The translations under genes were made by a program, and so were the position numbers. Below, in pieces: positions 42,202-52,453 of a stretch of 64,000 bases of DNA. The stretch's first letter is position 1; each line of letters opens with the position of its first letter. Origin of the DNA: Capsulimonadaceae bacterium (GTDB lineage: Bacteria > Armatimonadota > Armatimonadia > Armatimonadales > Capsulimonadaceae); the NCBI GenBank assembly GCA_965215505.1, contig OZ244065.1:1152001-1216000 (forward strand). Direction: 5' to 3'. Below the pieces are notes generated by a model. The model was not told the DNA's origin, ran no database searches, and worked only from the letters and a program-made list of their open reading frames with translations.

Positions 42202-44682
42202 TCAGCGGCACTGGGGAGACGGTTCGGCGACCTCCATCTCTTGGGCCTGCTCGTCGCGCTGTGCTTTGAGGAACGCCGCCACGCACTCGGGGTCCCACTG
42301 TGTCCCCGCCCCTTCCGCGAGGATCGCCAGTGCCTTCGCCTTGCCGGTACTCTTGCGGTAGGGGCGGTCGGTCGTCATCGCGCTGAAGGCGTCGGCGACG
42401 GCCATCAGGCGGGCGATGAGGGGGGTCTCCTCCCCGCGCAGGCCGGACGGGTAGCCGTCCCCGTCCCAGCGTTCGTGGTGGTGGCGGACGGCGTCCAGCG
42501 TCTTCTCGAAGCCCGGCACGGCACCCACGATGGCCGCGCCCATGACGGGGTGCTGCCGGACCGCCTCGAATTCCGTGTCCGACAGGCGGCCCGGTTTGCG
42601 TAGAACATGGTCCGGGACCCCGACTTTGCCCACATCGTGCAGCAGGGCGGCCACCGCCACCGTATGCTGGGCCTCCTCGTCAAACCCGAGTGCCCCGGCG
42701 ATCTGAAGGCAGTAGGTCAGGACATCCTCGGAGTGGCGGCGCGTGTAGCGGTCCTTGGTGTCCACGGCGGTCACCAGGGCGCAGAGCATCGCGAAACCCG
42801 TGGCGGACGACTCCGGCAGCCGCGCCCGCAGCCCGGCGATCAGGTCTTCCGCCTCGCCCGCGCCCGATTTCGTCCGGCGCAGCCGCTCGTCAGCCAGTGC
42901 CACGGTATCGGCGCGGGTGGCGGCCTCGCTCGGGAACACGGCGATCCCGAGCGACGCACTGATGGGGATGGCCGTGTCGCAGCCCGGCGGGCGGTAGCCG
43001 ATGTGCGCCAGCCTTTCCCCCAGCCTCTCCCGCAGCCCCTCCGCCAACGCCGGGGCTTCCGCTTCTCCCGGCAGCAGCAGGGCGAACTCGTCACCGCCGA
43101 AGCGGGCCAGTGTGTCATAAGAGCGGGCACAGGCCGCGAGGGCGGCGGCGACCCGGCGCAGAACGTCGTCCCCGGCGGCGTGGCCATAGGCGTCGTTGAA
43201 GAACTTGAAGTTGTTCAGGTCCAGCATCACCACGGTCAGCGAGCCGCCCTCGCGCTGCGCGCGGTCGGCCTCCTCCTCCAGACGCCGGTGGAAAGCCCGG
43301 TGGTTCCAGAGTCCCGTCAGCGGGTCCCGATCCGCCCGCTCCAGGGCCTCCGCGAGCAGCGCCTCGCGCTGCCCCTCGGCGGCCTTGCGGGCGGTGATGT
43401 CGCGCTGGACGGAGACCCAGTGGGTGTACCAGCCGTCTTCGTTGGCGATCGGGACGATATTGAGGTCCACCCAGAACTCGGTCCCGTCCTTGCGGTAGTT
43501 CAGAATCTCCACATGGCACGGCTTCCACTTTTTGAGGGCCTTGCCGATGAAGGCCTTGACGGCGGGGTCGGACCCAGGCCCCTGGAGCATCCGCGGCGTC
43601 CCGCCGATGGCCTCCTCGGCCCGGTAGCCGGTGTGACGGGTGAAGGCCGGGTTGACGTAGACGATGCGCGGGCCGGGCAGTCCGACCGGCTCGGCCTCGG
43701 TGATGACGACCACGTCGTTTGCGTTCTCCACCGCCGTTTCCAGCAGGCGCAGCCGCTCATCGGCCTTTTTCCGCTCCGTGATGTCGCGGGAGATGCCGAT
43801 GATGCCGATGGCCTCGCCCTGCTCATCTCGGCAGACGTCTTTAGTGCTGAGGTAGGTCCGGGGGATGCCGCCGACGATCTCGGTGTCTTCATAAGTGTAG
43901 GAGGCACCCGACAGCAAAACCCGCCGGTCATTGGCCTGCGTCTGTGCGGCGGCAGGGGCGGGGAAAAGCTGGGCGTCGTCCCGGCCGATGATCTGGGCCA
44001 CGTCCCGGCCGAGGAAGCGCGCCCCGGCGGCGTTAATCATCTGGTAGCGGCCTTGCAGGTCTTTCAGGAAGATGGCGTCCGTCGTCCCCTCCACGACGGC
44101 GCGGAGCAGACTGTCCTTCTCGCGCTGCAAGGCGGCGTGGCGGCGCAGCTCGATCTGTGTCACCACCAGGCGGCCCAGGGCGAGAAGGGTGGCCTGGTGT
44201 TCGGGCGTCAGCCGGCGCGGCTTCCGGTCAATGACGCAGAGTGAACCGAGTGCGTGCCCTTCCGCAGTCACGAGCGGGACCCCGGCGTAGGAGCGGATGT
44301 GAGGTTCGCCCGTCACCAGCGGATTGCTGAAGAAGCGCGGGTCGGCGGCGGCATCGGGAACGAGGAATATCTCCTGCTGCTGGATGGCGTGGGCACAGAA
44401 CGACACCTCCCGAGACGTCTCACAGACGTCCAGGCCGACGCGCGACTTGAACCACTGGCGGTCCTCGTCCACCAGGGTGATCAAAGCGATCGGCGCATCA
44501 CAGGCTTGGGCAGCCAGACGGGTGATGTCGTCATAGGCCTGTTCTGCTGCGGTGTCAAGGAGGTGCAGCGCGCGCAAGGCGTTAAGCCGGTCCGCCTCGC
44601 TGCCTCCTAAGCACGGCGGTGCCCCAGGTTCGGGCTGTGCCTCGGCAGGGATGAGGGTTTTCAGGGTATGATGGGGTGGCAT
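42202..44682 (-). CDS. GAF-PAS-PAS-GGDEF-HD-GYP c-di-GMP enzyme
   Basis: RQWFKS..G GAF, DPLTGL.N, RFGGDEF, HSEDV, LLHDVGK, HHERWDG.GYP. Confidence 0.92.
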   Translation of the reverse strand: MPPHHTLKTLIPAEAQPEPGAPPCLGGSEADRLNALRALHLLDTAAEQAYDDITRLAAQACDAPIALITLVDEDRQWFKSRVGLDVCETSREVSFCAHAIQQQEIFLVPDAAADPRFFSNPLVTGEPHIRSYAGVPLVTAEGHALGSLCVIDRKPRRLTPEHQATLLALGRLVVTQIELRRHAALQREKDSLLRAVVEGTTDAIFLKDLQGRYQMINAAGARFLGRDVAQIIGRDDAQLFPAPAAAQTQANDRRVLLSGASYTYEDTEIVGGIPRTYLSTKDVCRDEQGEAIGIIGISRDITERKKADERLRLLETAVENANDVVVITEAEPVGLPGPRIVYVNPAFTRHTGYRAEEAIGGTPRMLQGPGSDPAVKAFIGKALKKWKPCHVEILNYRKDGTEFWVDLNIVPIANEDGWYTHWVSVQRDITARKAAEGQREALLAEALERADRDPLTGLWNHRAFHRRLEEEADRAQREGGSLTVVMLDLNNFKFFNDAYGHAAGDDVLRRVAAALAACARSYDTLARFGGDEFALLLPGEAEAPALAEGLRERLGERLAHIGYRPPGCDTAIPISASLGIAVFPSEAATRADTVALADERLRRTKSGAGEAEDLIAGLRARLPESSATGFAMLCALVTAVDTKDRYTRRHSEDVLTYCLQIAGALGFDEEAQHTVAVAALLHDVGKVGVPDHVLRKPGRLSDTEFEAVRQHPVMGAAIVGAVPGFEKTLDAVRHHHERWDGDGYPSGLRGEETPLIARLMAVADAFSAMTTDRPYRKSTGKAKALAILAEGAGTQWDPECVAAFLKAQRDEQAQEMEVAEPSPQCR

Positions 44683-44873
44683 GGAGACAGAACGACTTTC
44701 AGGTCTGCATCATAGGTGCAATCTTGGGGTGCTGCCTGAATTATGTGCTTTCCACAGAAGAATCTTAAGGGGGGGTTCATCGGATCACTGTTCTATTCTC
44801 GTTTCCCCGTTCAAGAGGATAGGAAACCACGGCGCGAAAAAGCCCCCTCGAGCCGTGAGGATTTAGAGAAGCC

Positions 44874-45521
44874 TTGACAAACACCTTGAAATCTCCCACC
44901 GCAGACCGGACCGCGTTGATCTCGGACATCCACGGCCACTATGCGGGCCTTCTTGCCGTGTTGGCCGATGCGCGGGCGGTAGGATGCGGGCGCGTCCTCT
45001 GTCTGGGCGATTTGGTGGACGGCGGGGATGGGGATGAGGAGGTCGTGCGCTTGGCGCGCGACCATCATATGCCGACGGTGCGCGGCAACCACGACGAGAC
45101 GAACAGCCTGACTCTGGCGGGGGACGTGCGGGCCTTCCTAGACGCACTGCCGGAGGAGATTCGTGAGGGCGACACTCTCTACACGCACATCTCGCCGCGC
45201 CGGAAGAAGGCGAAGATATTGGACGTGTATGAGGCGTGGAACGTGTTCGGGGAAACGGACGCACGGCTGGTGTTCGTCGGCCATGCCCATATTCCACTGC
45301 TATTCGGGGAATGGAGCGGTCACGCCTGTGAGGCGACGGAATACGCACTGACGGCGAACGCGCCGGTGACGCTGGACCCGGACGACCGGTACATCGTCTG
45401 CGTAGGGGCCGTCGGGTACAGCCGGGATGGGATCGCGAAGCCGCGCTACGCGATCTATGACGCCGAGGCTGGAACGGTGGAAAGCCGGGTGGTGGACGCG
45501 CCGATCCTACCGTTAGGCTGA
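44874..45521 (+). CDS. Metallophosphoesterase
   Basis: ISDIHG, LGDLVD, RGNHD, FVGHAH. Confidence 0.85.
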   Translation: MTNTLKSPTADRTALISDIHGHYAGLLAVLADARAVGCGRVLCLGDLVDGGDGDEEVVRLARDHHMPTVRGNHDETNSLTLAGDVRAFLDALPEEIREGDTLYTHISPRRKKAKILDVYEAWNVFGETDARLVFVGHAHIPLLFGEWSGHACEATEYALTANAPVTLDPDDRYIVCVGAVGYSRDGIAKPRYAIYDAEAGTVESRVVDAPILPLG

Positions 45522-45534
45522 GGGGGACAAGACG

Positions 45535-45568
45535 ACGGCGGCTCCCTTTGGAGCCGCCGCCGTTGTTA
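45535..45568. terminator. Hairpin between convergent genes
   Basis: GGCGGCTCC-CTTT-GGAGCCGCC. Confidence 0.55.
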
Positions 45569-45592
45569 CGCCTGCCGTGTGGCCGGGGCGCG

Positions 45593-45943
45593 TCAGCGCA
45601 TGCTGTTGTTGTGCTTGTCGCGGTAGATGGCCCGGCTGCTGCCGTTCAGCTCGCGCTGAATGTGGCGGCGCTCGGCGTGGGTGAACTTGCCGCCGGAGAG
45701 TTTGTCGCGGTACTCCTGGGTGCGGATGCGCGAGTCGCGGGCTTCCAAGCGGTACTGCTCGCGGCGGGTGAGCTGGCCGCTCTGCACACCCTGGTGGATG
45801 CGCCCCTGCTGATCGTGGAAGCGGGTGTTGATGCCGGCGGGGTGGTGAAAGGGCGGCGGGGGCGGCGTCTGCGCGGCCGCCGGGAGGGCCAGGACACCCA
45901 GCAGCAGGGCCGGGGCGATATACTTCGTGATGTTGATGTTCAT
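45593..45943 (-). CDS. Small secreted helical protein
   Basis: Signal peptide; QQ.RI.QGV.SGQLT..E..RL, AIYRDKHN. Confidence 0.75.
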   Translation of the reverse strand: MNINITKYIAPALLLGVLALPAAAQTPPPPPFHHPAGINTRFHDQQGRIHQGVQSGQLTRREQYRLEARDSRIRTQEYRDKLSGGKFTHAERRHIQRELNGSSRAIYRDKHNNSMR

Positions 45944-46099
45944 CGGGTACTTCACTTTCTTGTTTCTAGAGGCTCTCCGACAAGTGCCTGATTGGAAGAC
46001 GGCGGGACGGTCCTAAATGTTCACTGGCGAAGGCAGGGAACTTTCGACGGGCGGGGGACCTTTTTATTTTACCACCGCGCTTGTGGTAAAATGGAGGCT

Positions 46100-47014
46100 A
46101 TGACCCAGACCGTGTCTTATCATCTCACGCACCTTAGAGAACTCGAAGCCGAATCCATCTTCGTCCTGCGCGAAGTGGCCGCCCAGTTCGAGCGCCCCGC
46201 CCTGCTGTTTTCCGGCGGCAAGGACTCGATCATCCTCAGCCACCTGGCGCGGAAAGCGTTCTGGCCGGGCCGCATTCCCTTCCCACTGCTGCACATCGAC
46301 ACGGGGCATAACTTCCCCGAAGCCATCGAGTACCGGGACCGCTGGGTCGAGTCGCTGGGGGCCAAGCTGATCGTCCGCTACGTCCAGGACTCGATCAACC
46401 AGGGCCGGGCCGTCGAGGAGAAGGGCTATGAGGCCAGCCGGAACCTGCTCCAGACGGTGACGCTGCTGGACGCCCTCGAGGAGCTGAAGCTGGACGCCGC
46501 CCTGGGCGGCGCGCGCCGGGACGAGGAGAAGGCGCGGGCGAAGGAGCGGTTCTTCTCGCACCGGGATGAGTTCGGTCAGTGGGACCCGAAGGGGCAGCGG
46601 CCCGAACTGTGGAACCTGTTCAACGGCCACAAACACAGGGGCGAGCATTTCCGGGTCTTCCCGATCTCCAACTGGACCGAGATGGACGTCTGGCAGTACA
46701 TCTTGCAGGAGAAGATCGCGTTGCCCGGCCTCTATTTCACGCACGAGCGCGAGGTGATCGAGCGCGACGGCGTCCTGCTGGCCAACTCCGAGTTCCTGAA
46801 CAAGCGTCCCACCGAGACGCCAGAGATGCGCCGGGTGCGCTTCCGCACGGTCGGCGACATGACTAACACGGGGGCAGCGCTGTCGCCCGCGAACTCCGTG
46901 GAGGAGATCATCCAGGAGGTCGCCGCCGCCCGGACGACGGAGCGCGGGATGCGTGCCGACGACCGGCGCTCCGAAGCGGCGATGGAGGACCGGAAGAAGG
47001 AAGGGTACTTCTGA
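46100..47014 (+). CDS. cysD: Sulfate adenylyltransferase subunit 2
   Basis: LEAESI, LFSGGKDS, GGARRDEEKARAKER, RPELW, RVFPISNWTE.DVW, MEDRKKEGYF. Confidence 0.96.
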   Translation: MTQTVSYHLTHLRELEAESIFVLREVAAQFERPALLFSGGKDSIILSHLARKAFWPGRIPFPLLHIDTGHNFPEAIEYRDRWVESLGAKLIVRYVQDSINQGRAVEEKGYEASRNLLQTVTLLDALEELKLDAALGGARRDEEKARAKERFFSHRDEFGQWDPKGQRPELWNLFNGHKHRGEHFRVFPISNWTEMDVWQYILQEKIALPGLYFTHEREVIERDGVLLANSEFLNKRPTETPEMRRVRFRTVGDMTNTGAALSPANSVEEIIQEVAAARTTERGMRADDRRSEAAMEDRKKEGYF

Positions 47015-47015
47015 G

Positions 47016-47339
47016 GTGACACATCGTGTTGGGATTGAAGTGTTCGCGCCGTTAAGCGATTGCTTCCTTCACAGTGAAATCATCTGCTTCCGCGAATGCT
47101 GCGGCATTGATGCGATTTCTGACGACCCAGACTTGGCCGCGGCCTGGGGCCGCAAAGTAGGTCACGAAAAAGTCATTCAAGCGCTGGGGCAGGTGAGGAA
47201 GTTGATTACACAGGTCGAAGACCGTTCCCACGATGTCACCTCGCCGTTCCTCAACGCCTGCACCAATGGTGACGCCGGGCGGGGGGAACTGCTCTCGTTC
47301 TTGCAAGCATTTGAAGCCGCTTTGAGGAGCCTCCCATGA
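47016..47339 (+). CDS. Hypothetical protein inserted after cysD
   Basis: GTG 1 nt after cysD stop; overlaps next ORF; lower GC. Confidence 0.5.
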   Translation: MTHRVGIEVFAPLSDCFLHSEIICFRECCGIDAISDDPDLAAAWGRKVGHEKVIQALGQVRKLITQVEDRSHDVTSPFLNACTNGDAGRGELLSFLQAFEAALRSLP

Positions 47340-47572
47340 ATGAAGTGCTGACACGCGCGGAGATGGAAGCGCGCTTTGATGGCGAGTGGGTGCTGATCGC
47401 CGAACCGGAGATGGACGAGAACCGGGACGTGCGGCGGGGGCGCGTCGTGTTCCACGGCAAAGACCGGGAAGCCATGTATGATTATGACGCTTCCCTTCAG
47501 CTCACGACGGCTGCTTACCTTTATTTAGGCCCGATGCCGGAGGCGTCTGTGATCCTGGGCTTCTGGTCGTGA
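47336..47572 (+). CDS. DUF5678-like small protein
   Basis: F.GEWVLI......GRVVFHG.DRE; coupled to aspartyl protease gene. Confidence 0.65.
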   Translation: MNEVLTRAEMEARFDGEWVLIAEPEMDENRDVRRGRVVFHGKDREAMYDYDASLQLTTAAYLYLGPMPEASVILGFWS

Positions 47573-47949
47573 GTGTACCGTTCAACCCTACGGGTACTCT
47601 GATTGTCGTGACCGCGACCGTGTTCGGCCCGCGCGGCAACCGGGCGGTACGTCTCGCTCTGGACACGGCCGCGAGTGAGACGGCGATCAGCCGCCGCGTC
47701 TTGGGGATAATAGGCGTTGACATGACCGCCTCTCCCACCGTGCCGGTGACGATGGGAGGCGGCACGGTATACGTTCCCCTCGTCACTGTGGATCACCTAG
47801 AAGCATTAGGGCAGACACAGTCGGGGGTGACGATCCAGGCCCACACGCTGCCCTCCTCGCTGCCGATAGATGGCCTGCTCGGCTTGGACTTCATCCGAGG
47901 CCAGCGGCTCGTCGTTGACTTCCGCACGGGACAGATCAGCCTCACATGA
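47569..47949 (+). CDS. Retropepsin-like (clan AA) aspartyl protease
   Basis: LALDTAASET.IS, DGLLGLDF. Confidence 0.8.
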   Translation: MSVPFNPTGTLIVVTATVFGPRGNRAVRLALDTAASETAISRRVLGIIGVDMTASPTVPVTMGGGTVYVPLVTVDHLEALGQTQSGVTIQAHTLPSSLPIDGLLGLDFIRGQRLVVDFRTGQISLT

Positions 47950-47968
47950 GAAAGACAGGAAGTAAAGG

Positions 47969-48574
47969 TTGAACACAGAACGGCTCGAACAGCAGATCGC
48001 GTTTCTGCTCGAAATAGACAAACTTAAGAGCGTCCTGCGGCGGACGTACCTGCTGAACGAACCGCGCCATGAGAACTCGGCGGAGCATTCGTGGCACCTG
48101 GCCGTCATGGCGATGCTGCTGGGGGAGCACGCGAACGCCGAAGTCAACTTGCTGCACGTCCTGAAGATGCTCTTGATCCATGACTTGGTAGAGATAGATT
48201 CGGGCGACACCTACATCTACGACGTGGCGGGCAACGAGAGCAAGGCCGCGCGGGAGCAAGAGGCGGCGGGGCGCATCTTCGGCCTGCTGCCGGACGACCA
48301 GCGGGACGAGATGCACCGGCTCTGGGAGGAGTTCGAAGCCCGCACGACGCCCGAAGCGCGTTTCGCGGCAGCTTTAGACCGCCTGATGCCGATGCTGCAC
48401 AACTATCACACGCAGGGCCGGTCGTGGCGCGAGCATGGGGTGACGGACGCACAGGTGGTCAGCCATAATGGACACATGGCGGAAGGCGCGGCGGGGCTGT
48501 GGGAGTACGCCGAGGCGATGATCCAGGAGGCGGTCGGCAAGGGGTATTTGACAGAGGCAGGCAAAGTAGCGTGA
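47969..48574 (+). CDS. HD domain hydrolase (YfbR/HDDC2-like)
   Basis: EIDKLK..LR, ENSAEHSWHLA, LIHDLVEI..GDT, LW.EFE...TPEARFA.ALDR. Confidence 0.88.
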   Translation: MNTERLEQQIAFLLEIDKLKSVLRRTYLLNEPRHENSAEHSWHLAVMAMLLGEHANAEVNLLHVLKMLLIHDLVEIDSGDTYIYDVAGNESKAAREQEAAGRIFGLLPDDQRDEMHRLWEEFEARTTPEARFAAALDRLMPMLHNYHTQGRSWREHGVTDAQVVSHNGHMAEGAAGLWEYAEAMIQEAVGKGYLTEAGKVA

Positions 48575-48581
48575 CGCTGAC

Positions 48582-48995
48582 ATGTCATCATTTAGCCACT
48601 ATGCGCGCAAAACGCGCAACCCACGTTTGGACATATGGATACGGTGGTCCGCCCTGCACTCCTGTGTGCTGCGGTATTGTGTACTGACACATCAACCGTT
48701 CCCCACAGTGCGAGCGAGGCTGATCCTGCCGCTGGAAGTGGGTCAAGGAAGGCCGCCCACTGAACAACAGTTATGGGACGTTACCACCACTCTGGAGTCT
48801 GAGCGGAACAGGTTTCTAGAGCGGCTTCGTGCCTTCCAGCGGAAGCGCATCACAGAAAAAGCACACGGCAGACATTCTCCCAGTGCCAAAGAATTTGAAG
48901 CTCTTTATCTCCCGATAGCAGAGGGAACAAAGGCTGACAAGCTAGCAAGCCTGAATCTCCACCCGTTCCGCCGCAGAGTCTGCGGAAAGCTATGA
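48582..48995 (+). CDS. Hypothetical protein
   Basis: 137-aa lower-GC ORF filling the gap before cysN. Confidence 0.45.
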   Translation: MSSFSHYARKTRNPRLDIWIRWSALHSCVLRYCVLTHQPFPTVRARLILPLEVGQGRPPTEQQLWDVTTTLESERNRFLERLRAFQRKRITEKAHGRHSPSAKEFEALYLPIAEGTKADKLASLNLHPFRRRVCGKL

Positions 48996-49002
48996 ACCCA
49001 AC

Positions 49003-50295
49003 ATGACACACGAAAACGTAGTGAACGACTTTTCAACGACGGGCTATCTGGACATGGACCTGCTGCGCTTCACGACGGCGGGGAGCGTGGATGACGGCAA
49101 GAGTACGCTGATCGGGCGGCTTTTGTATGACAGCAAAGCCATCTTCGACGACCAGTATGAGGCGATCAGGGAGTCCACGGAGCGGCGGGGCGAGGAGGGG
49201 GTTAACCTGGCCCTGCTGACGGACGGGCTGCGGGCGGAGCGGGAGCAGGGCATCACGATTGATGTGGCGTACCGGTACTTCGCGACGCCTCGGCGCAAGT
49301 TCATCATCGCGGACACGCCCGGCCACATCCAGTACACGCGCAACATGGTGACGGGGGCCTCCACGGCGAACCTCGCGATCATCCTGGTGGACGCGCGCAA
49401 GGGGGTCATCGAGCAGACGCGGCGGCACGCCATCATCGCGTCCCTGCTGGGCATCCCGCACATCGTCGTCTGCGTCAACAAGATGGATTTGGTGGAGTAT
49501 AGTCAAGAAGTTTTTGAGGGCATCAAACGCGACTTCGAGCTATTCGCGTCGGGCTTGAAGGTAGCGGACGCGCGGTTCATCCCCATCAGCGCCCTGCACG
49601 GCGATAACGTGGTAGACCCATCGCAGAACATGGACTGGTACGACGGCCCCGCCCTGCTTGCCCTGCTGGAGACGGTGCCCATCGAGAACGACGTCAACCT
49701 GACGGACGCGCGGTTTCCGGTCCAATACGTCATCCGGCCGCAGTCGGCGGAGTTCCCGGACTACCGGGGGTACGCGGGGCGGATCGCGGGCGGCGTCTTC
49801 CGCCCCGGAGACGCCGTGCTGGCCCTGCCGGCCAATGTCCGGTCGCGGGTACAGTCGGTGGACACGTTCGAGGGAGCGCAGGCGGAAGGGTTCGCGCCGA
49901 TGTCGGTGGCGCTGACCTTGGAAGACGAGATAGACATCAGCCGGGGCGACATGATCGTCGCCGCCGATGACCCGCCGCAGGTGGGGCAGGATGTGGACAT
50001 CATGGTCTGCTGGCTGGGCGAGAAGGCTCTGGTCCCGAACGGCAAGTACACGGTCAAGCACACGTCGCGCGAGGTGCGGGCCATCGTCAAGGCCGTCCGG
50101 TACAAGCTGGACATCAGCACGCTGGAAAAGAACGAGGCCGACACGTCCGTCGGCCTGAACGAGATCGCGCGGCTGACCCTGCGGACGACCCAGCCGCTGT
50201 TTTTCGACTCGTACCGCCGCAACCGGGCGACGGGCAGCCTGATCCTGATTGACGAGGCGACGAACGAGACGGTGGGCGCGGGGATGATCGTATGA
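49003..50295 (+). CDS. cysN: Sulfate adenylyltransferase subunit 1
   Basis: LRFTTAGSVDDGKSTLIGRLL, GL.AEREQGITIDVAYRYF, DTPGH.QYTRNM, NKMD, TN.TVGAGM. Confidence 0.96.
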   Translation: MTHENVVNDFSTTGYLDMDLLRFTTAGSVDDGKSTLIGRLLYDSKAIFDDQYEAIRESTERRGEEGVNLALLTDGLRAEREQGITIDVAYRYFATPRRKFIIADTPGHIQYTRNMVTGASTANLAIILVDARKGVIEQTRRHAIIASLLGIPHIVVCVNKMDLVEYSQEVFEGIKRDFELFASGLKVADARFIPISALHGDNVVDPSQNMDWYDGPALLALLETVPIENDVNLTDARFPVQYVIRPQSAEFPDYRGYAGRIAGGVFRPGDAVLALPANVRSRVQSVDTFEGAQAEGFAPMSVALTLEDEIDISRGDMIVAADDPPQVGQDVDIMVCWLGEKALVPNGKYTVKHTSREVRAIVKAVRYKLDISTLEKNEADTSVGLNEIARLTLRTTQPLFFDSYRRNRATGSLILIDEATNETVGAGMIV

Positions 50296-50969
50296 GAGAG
50301 TTGAGTCAGACGGTCATAGGGGCGCGGCGAGTGGCTGAAAGGGCGGGGCGGGTGGTCGGGAGGGCGCGGCAAGCGGCGCCCCTACTCCTTCTCCTGCTGA
50401 ACGGGTGCAGCAGTGACCGGCCTTACTACGCCGGGCCGCCGCAGGGGCAGCCGCACCGGCCCCCGGCACCGGCCGCCAAGCCCGTCATCGCGGACGCGGG
50501 CGGGCCGCCGGACCCGCTGATCGGGGAGACGGGGCAGACGTCGGCGAACCCCCTCATGGGGAACGACCCGCTGCTCGGAAACGACTCCTTGCTTGGGCGC
50601 ACGCATCCCATGAAGCATACACACTGGCTGCGGGGCCGGCTGCACGACGCGCGCGTGACGGTGCTGCTGAACGGGGTCTGGTACGGGACTTTCTCCGGGG
50701 CGATCGACAGGGACATCAACAGAGGTCTGCGCCAGGGGGCCAACACGGTGAAGTTCGTGTACCAGCCCAGATCGGCATCGTCGGCGGGTGCCCTGGAGAT
50801 CGTTGAGAGCGAACACCACCCCCCCATCACCCTAGTCACTTTCCGCAGTCAGACCGCCTCGGAGGCTGCCGGCCGCACCGCAGGCTCGCCCCAGGCCCTG
50901 GGAGGAGGCCGCACCGCGGCCGCCTCGTTGAAGCCGGTGGCGCAGACATTCCCGCTCATCGCGAACTGA
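50292..50969 (+). CDS. Hypothetical lipoprotein
   Basis: Lipobox LLNGC; Pro-rich linker with three NxLxG repeats. Confidence 0.6.
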   Translation: MRELSQTVIGARRVAERAGRVVGRARQAAPLLLLLLNGCSSDRPYYAGPPQGQPHRPPAPAAKPVIADAGGPPDPLIGETGQTSANPLMGNDPLLGNDSLLGRTHPMKHTHWLRGRLHDARVTVLLNGVWYGTFSGAIDRDINRGLRQGANTVKFVYQPRSASSAGALEIVESEHHPPITLVTFRSQTASEAAGRTAGSPQALGGGRTAAASLKPVAQTFPLIAN

Positions 50970-51000
50970 CTTAGACCAAGCACGGGCAGGGGACATACGC

Positions 51001-51813
51001 ATGGAACTAGGACTGACCGGCAAAGTCGCCATCGTCGCGGCCTCCTCCCAGGGCCTGGGGCGGGCCTGCGCCGAGGCCCTGGCCCGCGAGGGCGCGCGGG
51101 TCGTCATCAACGGGCGTCGGCCCGAGGCGCTGGCTCAGGCCGCCCAGGCGATCCGGCAGGTGATGGCCGTCCGGGGCGCGGACGTGCATACGGTCGCCGG
51201 GGACGTGACGGACCCCGAGGCGATCAGCCGCCTGATCAAAGCCACGCTGGCCCGGTTCGGGCAGCTTGACATCCTGGTGACGAACGGCGGCGGTCCCTCC
51301 CCCGGCAAGTTCGCGGACCTGTCGGAGCGGGACTGGCAGGCCGGCTTGGACAGCACGCTCTGGCCGGTCCTGCGGCTGATCCGGGCGGCGGTTCCGCACC
51401 TCACGGCGGCGAAGGAGCGCGGCGGGGGGCGCATCATCAACATCGTCTCCACGAGCGTCAAGCAGCCCATCCCCGGCCTCTTCCTTTCCAGCGCCCTCCG
51501 GCCCGCCGTGATCGGGCTGGCGAAGAGCCTGTCCGTCGAGCTGGCCGCCGACGGCATCCTGGTCAACAACGTCTGCCCCGGCTCCTTCGCCACCGACCGC
51601 ATCCGGCACGTCTACGAGGCCCGCGCCGAGGGCACGGCGTACACCGTCGAGCAGGTGGCCGCGCAGGCCGCCGAGATGATCCCCCTGCGCCGCCTGGGCG
51701 ACCCGCGCGAACTCGGCAGCGTCGTCGCCTTCCTCGCCTCGGACAAGGCCGGCTACCTGACCGGCCAGACACTCTCGGTGGACGGCGGGCTGGTGAACGG
51801 GCTGTTCGGGTGA
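51001..51813 (+). CDS. SDR family oxidoreductase
   Basis: AASSQGLG, DILVTN.GGP, LS.ELAADGI.VN.V.PG, TGQ...VDGG. Confidence 0.92.
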   Translation: MELGLTGKVAIVAASSQGLGRACAEALAREGARVVINGRRPEALAQAAQAIRQVMAVRGADVHTVAGDVTDPEAISRLIKATLARFGQLDILVTNGGGPSPGKFADLSERDWQAGLDSTLWPVLRLIRAAVPHLTAAKERGGGRIINIVSTSVKQPIPGLFLSSALRPAVIGLAKSLSVELAADGILVNNVCPGSFATDRIRHVYEARAEGTAYTVEQVAAQAAEMIPLRRLGDPRELGSVVAFLASDKAGYLTGQTLSVDGGLVNGLFG

Positions 51814-51832
51814 ACACTACTCCTACTGGCCT

Positions 51833-52297
51833 TTAGCCTAAGTGCTTCTCATAGCACAGGCTCACCCCGTCCTCCGCGTACTCCCCGAACGGCTCGCACC
51901 TCGAAAATCCCATGCCTTCGTAGAGTCTAACCGCCTCCGGCTGATGGATGCCTGTTTCTAGGCGCAGGATGCGGAACCCGTTCTGCTGTGACAGCCGCTC
52001 CAGATGCCTGAGCAGGGCCTGCGCTACCCCCCGTCCGCGCCACTGCGGCGGGACGTACATCCGCTTGACCTCGGCGTAATCTGCGCTGACGAACTTGACC
52101 GCCCCGCAGCCGACAGCGATGCCATCAAACCGCGCGACCAGGAAAGTCACCGATCGATTCAGCAGGGCTGCGACGGGAAGCCCATGGCGGTTTTCAGGCG
52201 CATACAGACCAGCGAGATGGGTATCAAGCGCCTCAATGAGCGCCAGTGCTTCCGCGCTGTCTGGCGGTTCCGACTGGATGGATAGCATGGGATTCAC
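51833..52297 (-). CDS. GNAT N-acetyltransferase
   Basis: AEVKRMYV....RGRGVA, LRLETG..QPEA..LY. Confidence 0.88.
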   Translation of the reverse strand: MNPMLSIQSEPPDSAEALALIEALDTHLAGLYAPENRHGLPVAALLNRSVTFLVARFDGIAVGCGAVKFVSADYAEVKRMYVPPQWRGRGVAQALLRHLERLSQQNGFRILRLETGIHQPEAVRLYEGMGFSRCEPFGEYAEDGVSLCYEKHLG

Positions 52298-52453
52298 GTT
52301 TTTCTCCCGACGGTGTCACCTGCGGATAGACTGGTATTCACCAGCCTCGGGCCGGCCTCCTGCCTGCTCCCGGCAGGAAATCCGGAGGCTGACGGCGAAC
52401 GGGGAGGCAAGACAAGTCGTGACCGGGGAAGACCCGGAAAGGAACCCCACACT

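Noticed and set aside
47016-49011. Shared TGACACA start between the first inserted ORF and cysN as a target duplication
   Set aside because: Only 7 nt of identity; compatible with chance
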